DNA from: Chrysomallon squamiferum | Taxonomy: Eukaryota > Animalia > Mollusca | Assembly: GCA_012295275.1 (NCBI GenBank) | Contig: CM022670.1 | Span: 10,416,001-10,480,000 of the forward strand | DNA length: 64,000 bases | Direction: 5' to 3' | Shown here: in pieces, positions 54,608 to 64,000 of the stretch | Layout of the letters: every line of letters starts with the position of its first letter | Position numbering within the stretch: the first letter of the stretch is position 1 | Notes under the pieces: model-generated | Databases searched by the model: none | Seen by the model: the letters and a program-made list of their open reading frames with translations, nothing else | What the model was told of the DNA's origin: nothing | Made by a program: the position numbers and the translations under genes

Positions 54608-56392
54608 TTACTGATGCTGTTACTACTACTACCATCGCTCCTATTGCCACTACTGCTGATGCTACTAATACAACTTCTACCACTACCGTTACTATTACTA
54701 TTACTATTGCACACACTACTATTATATCAAAACTGTTATTAGTATCATGAATTCTACTAGTGTTACTTATACTAACAGCAGCTCTAGTAACAGCAGAGCA
54801 GAAATGGTAAAATAGCAGGAATGGTAAAAGCTCTGGTATCTGTAGTCTCTGGAATCTGCAAACTCATTTTGACTAAAATCAGACTTTTTTTTTTTTTCCA
54901 TTCCCAAAATAACAACATAAATCAAAATATATTTATAATTCACAATCCCTTTCATACTTGTTGAAGCGAGATGATATCTTGTCAGACTAAATGTCATGAT
55001 TCATGTGTTTGAGCGAAAAAACAAAAAAAAAAAAAAAAAACAAAAACAAGAGAGCTGTGTATTGTGAGTATATGCCTGATGTTCGAAAGCCATATATACA
55101 GTTGTATGTATGTATACGTGCATGTATGTATGTATGTATGTATGTATGTGTATGTGTGTATGTATGTATGTATGTATGTATATGTGTATGTATGTATGTA
55201 TGTGTGTGTGTATGTATGTATGTATATGTATATGCATGATTGTGTGTATGTATGAATGTATGTAGGTGCGTATGTATCAATATATTTATATATGTATGTA
55301 ATGCGTATGATGTATATGTGTGTGTATGTATGCATGTATGTATGTATTATGTATATGTATGTGTGTAAGCATACATGTATGTACTTGCGCATGTAGTGTA
55401 TTTATATCTGCATTATCGTCTCTCTTTTCAAACTGTGCTTAAAACTACTAAGATTTAAACAATGTACGTACAACCACTGCCGTCTCCAACACACTCACAA
55501 AGTGCCGTGAAGTGGTGCGTCAGATAAAATTTAGAACCTCGTTATTTCCATTTGCAATTCTTCTGCTTTGCCTTTCTCCAGTTTATTTAATATATCTTGC
55601 AAATGGTATGCGAAGAGAATCTTGTCGAACGCTACTTAATATCTCAGTGATTGTCAAATAATTCAATTTTCCTTAGCTGCCACCTGCGTCAGCGAGAGGA
55701 ATAATCTCAAAATGGTTCCTGCATCTGGTATATTTGAAAATTGCCTTAGGTAGAAGCATTCTGATGGGTATGTGAAATGGTGTCCCTGTTTTCATCTCTT
55801 CATATTAACTTTAGATGATGAATTGTGAAATAAATCGTCAAATCGTATTAACGTTTAAGAACAAAAAAAAAAAAAAAAAAAAAAAAATGGAAGAAGAAAT
55901 TTTAAATTTCTTGGGGCAAAGCGAGAAAGGAAAAGCGTAAACTACAATTTGTTTTTTTTTTTTTTTTTTTTTTTTTTTTAGCAGTTATGTTTTTATGTTG
56001 TTATCTTCCGTAAAAAAAATAAAAAATAAAATAAAGATTGAAAAGTGGTTTAATTAAATAAAGGTCTTTAGATTTAAACTGACAGGGTTACTTCGACATT
56101 TTATTGTTATTGCTGCTGTTGTTTTATTTTTATTATGATCATTATCATCGTCGTCGTTGTCGACGTCATCATCATTATCATAACAAAAATCAACATTATT
56201 ATCTTATCAACATCATCATCATCCTTTTATTATTATTACTGTTGTTGTTGTTACTTTTTCGCTTTCTGTGATATTATCATAATCATTATTATCAGTAAGT
56301 TATTAGCAGTCAAGCTGCTACTTTTTTTACTTCTTTTATTTTATACAACTATTTGTTTTTATTCTTGTTATAGGCCTATTCTTTTTATTCTT

Positions 56393-56455
<63 letters not shown>

Positions 56456-57266
56456 TTTGTTGTTGTTGTTGTTGTTGTTAGTGTTACTGTTGTTATTGTT
56501 ACTGATTAAAATCTTTTTTAAGTATTTCATTATTATACCCAAGGAACACAGTACACTGCTAATCATGTACGTTATAACTTGAATATTTCGTATAAAACAA
56601 CATTTGACCGCTAAGCCTTTGGCAGCATTTTATAATAATTTCTTTTCCCGCCAAAGTCTTTAACCAGTAATGTCCATTTACCATTGCCTCGAGGGGACAC
56701 GTAATTACAACCCACTAAGGAAAATATTTATGTAACTCTTCTTCTTTTTTTTTTGGCATGATTCATATCACAAAACTGACCGGACCGCGACGCCGTATCT
56801 TCATTTTCATAATCTCCTGGCATCCACTGACATATTTTCTTTAATAAAAAAAAAAAAAACTTCAGAATAAATTCGTGATTTCAATGGAAGAAGACAGAGA
56901 AAAAGAAAGGTCACACCGACCCAGACTGTTTGACTTAATTGGTTTCTAGTAAAAGTGAACGAGTTTGGAAATGGGCGATAGAGCAAGCATCTAGAAAGTG
57001 GTCTAAGAACTGAAGTAAATTTTGTTACACCGATCACCAGTCGAAAGTGTCCCGCGCGACGTGATTACGTCTGCACGTATACAGGAGAAGCGTCCACTTT
57101 TCGAAATTAAAACAGACGTAAGCCGTAGACCTTTTCTTGGCAGATTGTCTTTGATTTCGTTTCTGAAGTTGACCTCCTTGATCACGTTATTCTGCTTACG
57201 AGCGTCTTTAGTTGGGGTTTTTGGTTTTTGTTTATTTTGTTTTTCTTATTTATTTATTGTTTATTG

Positions 57267-57323
<57 letters not shown>

Positions 57324-58450
57324 TTAATGCTTGTTTATGAATTAGATCATCTGAATTTGTTATTGTCGCTACAACTGGTTTCGGTTTTCTTCTTATCAAA
57401 ACCGTTTTTAATCTTCGCAGCCTGAATTTCTTTTCTACTTGAAATATTTTCAATGATTTTTTATTTTATTTTTTGATTTCTTCATCATGATCATAATAAT
57501 CATCATCATAATCATCATCATCATCTTTTTCTATTTTTCAATTTTTTTAGTTTACTGTCATAATTGTTAGTATTTACCATCATCATTATTATTATCATCA
57601 TGACCATTATCATCATCACAGTCGTTATTATCATCATCATGGTAGTTATTATCAACGTGACTGCCATTGTCATAGTCACAGGCATTATTATTCTCATAGC
57701 ATCACGGTTATTATCATCATCATCATGATCAGTGTCATCGTAACCTTTATCACTATCGTCATAGTGGATTATTAAAGTCATCACAGGCATTATCATTACA
57801 GTCACTTCTCTTTTCATTCTACTTCCTCCACGCATTTTTCAATTTTCTTATTAAACTGTGAATTAAAAAAAAAAAAAAAAAAAAAAACGCAGTCTCTGCA
57901 CGTATAGTCAATTTTATTCGCGATAAAAACGACGATTGATTAACGCCAGACAATCAATGTACCATTTCTCTGCGTATACTGAGATCCCCATTTTTTATAT
58001 TTTTTTTTTTGTTGTTGTTTTTTTTTTCTCGTCTTTTAATTCTTTTTTCGCCGCTTTTTCTTCCTTCTTGCGTAAGAATATATAGCTCTTACATCATAAT
58101 GTTCCAGTATTATAAGCGTTTATATCTCCCTGCGAAAGTTTACTGCTGATTAAACTAACGTTTTTTATTGCCAAAAACGATGTCCCTGACAACTGTTATT
58201 GTCTTTGGCTTAATTATTTGAGTATAAAATACAAAACTTTAATAAAAAGATACCATAAAGCTTTCGTCGTTCTGTGACAAAAGTCGTAAAAATAACAAAG
58301 CTAGTCTAAATTTAATTTACTCGTCGTTAAAGTCTCTGCATAAAATAGAAATATTTTCATATTTTATATTTTCCACACACGTACAGGGTCCAGAGTTTCA
58401 AGAAAGCGGACGGTGTATGTCATTGTTTAGAATCGGTGTGATATTCAATA

Positions 58451-58484
<34 letters not shown>

Positions 58485-59136
58485 TATAGAAGTTAAGTTG
58501 TTAACGTATAATTTGAAGATCTTTGTTCAATTAGAAGACAGTTTTTAAACTTCTGTATTTTATGGAAATTAACAATATATATATAAAAAAATTAATTTCG
58601 TTAATACTGTATGACGATTTATTTCACATTCCGTCTTCTAAGTTAAGATAAAGAGATAAAAGCAGGAACATCAGTTCGTTATTGTCAAATAAAATACATA
58701 CATTACTAAACTTAGCAAAAGTTGTTGTTTTGTTAAATAAATAAATAAATGCATACATACATACATACATACGTAGATACATACATACATACATACATTC
58801 CTAAACTTAGCAAAAGTTGTTGAAAACTGGAAAAAATTCAACTGGTTATCTGACATAATGTTAATCATATAGTTTGTACAGACTATATGTACAAAATAGC
58901 TCTGGTTCTGTAACTATTACTGTTTCTTTTACTATTGTTGTTGTTTGTTTGATTTTTTTTGTGTTTTTTTTTTTTTGTGTTTTTATTTTTTTATTTTTAT
59001 TTTTTTGTTAAATAAATAAATAAATAAATAATGGAACTCACTTCCAGGACAATCCATTTCACGTCTTTGATTAGTAATTTTAAATTTCTTTCACTGATGT
59101 CGGTACTAAAGGAAATCAGCATCACGACTGTCTTTA

Positions 59137-59179
59137 TGACGTCAAACAATTATCTGACGTAATAGTCATTCAGACGTCA
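59137..59179. promoter_or_regulatory. cluster of three CRE/ATF-type sites
   Basis: TGACGTCA (59137-59144), TGACGTAA (59155-59162) and AGACGTCA (59172-59179), at ~17-18 bp spacing. Confidence 0.45.
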
Positions 59180-61290
59180 GAACAGAAAGCATAGGTATTT
59201 AATTTATTAATGTATTTGTTTACTTTTATTATTATAAGTAGCAGCAGTAACAGTCACAGTGGTAATAGCGGTAGCTGCAGTAGTAGCAGCAGCCGTAGCA
59301 ATTGTAGAAGTAGTAATCTTGTATCGTAGGGATAACAAAAGGTTGGTCACAAAGATACGTTTGCTTGTTTATTTGTTGTTGTTTTTTGTTGTTGTGTGTA
59401 GTGGTTTGTTTTTTGGTTTTGTGTATGTGTATGTGTGTTTATAATTTTGCTGGTTTGCTTGTTTATCGCTGTTTGCTTCTTTTTTTAAATTAATGTTTTA
59501 ATTGTATTAATGAGTATAAAGGATTTTTCGTAGCGTTTTGTATACATAGTTTTGACACTGCCTAAGTGTATAGTGTCATTTTATGTTCATAATGACAATA
59601 ACAACGACTACACTGCTCTAATAATAATAATAATAACAACAACAACAACAACAATAGTAATAATAATAGTGTTAGAAGTTGTAATAATATAAATAGTAGT
59701 CGTAGTAGTACTAGTAGTTGTTGTTGTAGTAACAACAGCAATACTTCAGCGATGATGATGTTCACGGTTATGATTGTGGTGGTGGCGGTGTTGATGTTGA
59801 TATTGATGACGATGATGGTGATGAACACTGAAGATAAAGAACAAGAAACAGCTCTATCAGAAGGATTATTACCACAATGAAAATCAGTGATGATAAAAAC
59901 TAACTAACGCTGATAAAAGGTTTTGAAAAGTAAATTTCTTTACAAAACCAAAAAAAAAACAAGAATAATAATCTATACGTCGATAGTGAGAACACAGCAA
60001 CTGTCAAAGTTACGAAACACAAACGATTCCGCGTTATTTGCAGACACTTCTAAACATTACATCAGCGTAAACAGTGAGCCAAACAACAGTAAATCAAGAC
60101 GGTAAAAGGGGCATCTCCTCGCATCAATCACTTTGATTTCATGATAGATAAATATTTACAGGCAACATTTCAAATAAGTAATTAGAAATCTTGGGCCTCG
60201 GTTTCTCTCAAGATTAATGGCGCGACTTGCATATCGTTTTCGCTTTGTGAGAGTCTGAGAAATTGGAAAACGTCCTGGGTCAAAATTAACGGGTTCCTTA
60301 GACCATTCTACTTATTTATCTGATGGGTTCAGTGCAGAATACGATATCAAATCTTTGTTGATGTCCTCCTTTGCCCTGGACGTAGAATTCAATAGTTTGG
60401 TTCCACTACAAAAAGGATTTTGATGTGCAACTAAAAACAGTATTTGCAGCACAAAGGTTTTTGCATCTGGCTTGATTTCCATTACAGAAATTTTTGAATA
60501 TGTACCAGTTAAAAAAGCCTTTTAATTTCTGACAGTTACTCTGGTTCCAATACAAAGATTTTTACAAGTAACATGATACAAAGATTCTTAATATTTAAGA
60601 CATACGATCATACATACACACATAAATACATGCGTATAAATACATACATACACAAATATACAAACACTGACACATACATGCATGCGTACATAAATGCATA
60701 CATAACAAAGTGTATTAAAATATTTTACTCCTTAATATTTAAAAAATATATATGTTTTTATTTTATTTTATTATATTTTATTTGTTATTATAAATTTTTG
60801 TCTTTTGTGTTATTGGTTGTTGTTTTTTTGTTGGTTTTTTCTTTTTTCTTTAATCAATATAATTTCCGGACTATCTCAAAATCTTTGTTTTTCTTCTTCT
60901 TCTTTGTTATTATTATCATCATTATTTCTGATTTTGTACTTCTACGATTTTAATCTCTGCAATCAAGAGTTTTAGTTTTTCACCTTAAAACCTCAATTAA
61001 CGTGACTGATAATCTGTATCAAGTTAACATAACTCAAAACGTCACATTTTCTAACATATCTCCGATCTCGGTTTTTTCCGCTAGGAAAAATAATTATTTT
61101 GGCAAACAAATAAATCCCTAATCATAGCTACATTATAATTAATTAATAATCAGATAGTTAGGAAACACACAATTGCTATTATTGTTATTATTGTTGTTGT
61201 TTCGCTTTATTTTATTTTTTTTTTTTTTTTTTTTAACTTCTTTTTGTTTTGTTAAGGTTATATATATAGATCAGTGTTAGTTTTATCATC

Positions 61291-61325
61291 ACTGATTTTC
61301 ATTATGATAATATATGATATATATT

Positions 61326-61356
<31 letters not shown>

Positions 61357-61430
61357 CGTATGTGTGAATGTGTGTGTGTGCATGTGTATGTGTGTAATAT
61401 ATATCATATATTATCATAATGAAAATCAGT
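61291..61430. repeat. long inverted repeat (fold-back) around a (CA)n-(TA)n-(TG)n core
   Basis: 61291-61332 and 61389-61430 are perfect 42-bp reverse complements, and the inner (CA)n/(TG)n tracts extend the pairing. Confidence 0.95.
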
Positions 61431-61639
61431 ATATACATACATACATACATACATACATAAAGACACACACATATAGAGATAATTAAATTATTTGCAAATT
61501 TAATTTTATTTAACATAGTTAATGTAATGAAACTGACAAATTCAACAACAATTATGATGACCATGACAATGACTACAATTAAAAAATGCTTAGGAATACG
61601 AAGAAAACAGTGATTATAATGTTCATGTATTAACAATGA

Positions 61640-62083
61640 CAGTTACAACAACAGTAACACTAATAGCAACAACATAAACACTAAAAATAGCAGCAACAGA
61701 AATATCTACGAAAGGAACAGCAGTAGCAAAAACAATAACAATAACAATATACTAGCAACAATAACAACAGCAGCAACAATAATAACAATAGTATTAATAA
61801 TAATAGTATTAATAATAATATAATAATAATGTTGATGATGATGATGATAATGATGATGATAATAATAATAATAATAGTAATAATAACAGAAATATCTACA
61901 AAAGCAACAACAGTAGCAAAAACAATAGCAATAACAATGTACTAGCAACAACAACAACAGCAGCAGCAAACAATAATAACAATAGTAATAACAATAATAA
62001 TAATAGTATCAATAATAACAGTATTATTAATAATATAATAATAATGATGAAAATGATATAATAACAATATTAATAGTAATAAC

Positions 62084-62126
<43 letters not shown>

Positions 62127-62314
62127 TATAATAATAATATTAATGATGATGATATAATAATAATATTAATAACCATAGCAATACTACTGCTATTACTACT
62201 ACTACTACTACTACTACTACTAATAATAATAATAATGATGATGATGATATAATAATAATATTAATGATGATGATATAATAATAATATTAATAACCATAGC
62301 AATACTACTGCTAT

Positions 62315-62373
<59 letters not shown>

Positions 62374-62400
62374 ATAATAATAATAATAATAATAATAATA
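61640..62400. repeat. trinucleotide low-complexity tract (AAT/AAC/ACT/GAT) with ~190-bp and ~120-bp segmental duplications
   Basis: CAGAAATATCTAC recurs at ~61697 and ~61888, and TAATAACCATAGCAATACTACTGCTATTAC occurs twice ~120 bp apart. Confidence 0.85.
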
Positions 62401-63093
62401 GTATCTGGTACAGGTTAGGACTGAGGTTTCGGTTTTCTCTGGGACTAATGACCGATCACGAACAGAGACTGGGACTGTAATTGAAGTTGACACCAGGTCA
62501 ATCTTCAGACCCCCGGGCACTGCTGTGACGTAAATAAGTGTGTAGCGAGACCCTTTTAAGCCATTACAACAAATTTCGAAAGATATTGGAACTATAAACG
62601 TTAACGATAAAATCTTTTAAAGTATTACAACAATTACTGTCGTAGACATAGCCTCAGAAAAAAAAGAAAAAAAAGAAAAAAAAAAAGATGTTATGTAAAA
62701 CCAATATTCGTTATGTATTTGCATCACATATAATTATTTTGTTTTTTTCTTTGTTACGTTATGGGTATGTATATAAGTTGTTTGTATTTATATATAAATG
62801 TGGATGGATATATGTGTATATGCATGCATGTTTGTATGTATATATGTATGTATGAATGAATGTAAATATATGTATGTATGTAAGTATGCATTTGTATCTA
62901 TATCTGTCTCTCTCTCTCTATATATATATACACATGCATACACACATATGTATGCATGTAAGTATTAGTGGTAGTAATAGTAGTATAGTAGAGGTAGTAG
63001 AAGCAGCAGCAGTACTAGTAGTTTTCTTATTAATAATATTGTGCTGATATTGTAAAAGATGCTAGCTGCAGAAAGAAGAAGAAGAAGAAGAAG

Positions 63094-63136
<43 letters not shown>

Positions 63137-63153
63137 AAAACAACAACAACAAC

Positions 63154-63185
<32 letters not shown>

Positions 63186-63321
63186 GCATAATGATAGTAT
63201 TCCAAATAGCGGACAATCATCACAGAACGGAAGAACAATACCAATAAAACAGTTATTAAATACTAAAATAAAAAAATAAATAAAATAAAATAAAATAAAA
63301 AATAAATAAAATAAAATAAAA

Positions 63322-63382
<61 letters not shown>

Positions 63383-63387
63383 AAAAA

Positions 63388-63429
<42 letters not shown>

Positions 63430-63697
63430 AATAAATAAGTAAAATATTAAAAGTTTTTTGGAAACAAAAAACTATGAACCATAGCACACAGACCAAAATT
63501 GTTCAGTAATTCAAAAAAAAAAATAAAAGCGTTTAAAAAACAAAACAAAACAAAAGTAAAAGAAGAAGAAGAAAACGAATCTACAAAAAAAAAAAAAAAA
63601 AAATCGAAACCAAGCATTTCCCCACACTAACGGCTATATCGAGTGACATAATGCTTGACAGACACCAGTGGGAATAACACGAAAAACCACAAAAACC

Positions 63698-63729
<32 letters not shown>

Positions 63730-64000
63730 ATGTCCTACTACACGAGATACGAGACTTTTTAATGGGTCTGTCTGTGACAGTTCTGTGGCGCACAGTTTTG
63801 ACAGTAACGGTGAAAGAAAGAGAAGGTTGGGGATATACACAAACGTCTTCTTTTCTTTTCTTTTCGTTTTTTCCCAAGAAAAGAGTCATTTTTGCATTAA
63901 ACATCATAACACAACGCTGTGTAGCAGAATGGTACTGATGATGCAGGAGGTGATTGGACAAAAACGTAATAATCGCATTCACGAATGCCACTGGCAACAG

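Noticed and set aside
62400-62575. Possible 3' part of a V/CORE-type SINE (also 42790-42880)
   Set aside because: Only a vague resemblance (GGTTTTCTC...) with no second copy or intact promoter boxes in the window; it needs a repeat library to call.
63975-63990. GCATTCACGAATGCCA, containing miR-124-like fragments
   Set aside because: A short palindrome with no seed and no precursor; not a second mir-124 copy.

Overview
This is AT-rich, very microsatellite-dense animal genomic DNA. It is probably lophotrochozoan or molluscan, inferred from a MetaSINE-like element and the repeat landscape. I find no credible protein-coding exon: the ORFs in the track are mostly translations of simple repeats, and the rest match nothing I recognise. 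The one clearly identifiable gene is a minus-strand precursor of the pan-bilaterian neural microRNA mir-124 (hairpin ~21297-21378, mature miR-124-3p 21307-21328). The rest looks like its non-coding regulatory landscape: short GC/CpG-richer islands separated by simple repeats. The islands carry five near-consensus 14-bp RFX X-boxes, all on the upstream side of the hairpin, plus CRE, E-box, CCAAT and K50-homeodomain motif clusters. A candidate promoter and non-coding first exon (perfect AG|GTAAGT donor at 44703, minus strand) lies ~23 kb upstream and could start the pri-miR-124 host transcript. Also present are decayed tRNA-derived SINEs, a pogo/Tigger-like non-autonomous DNA transposon, several minisatellites, and two long fold-back palindromes centred on microsatellites. 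All regulatory calls are motif-based inference, not demonstrated function.
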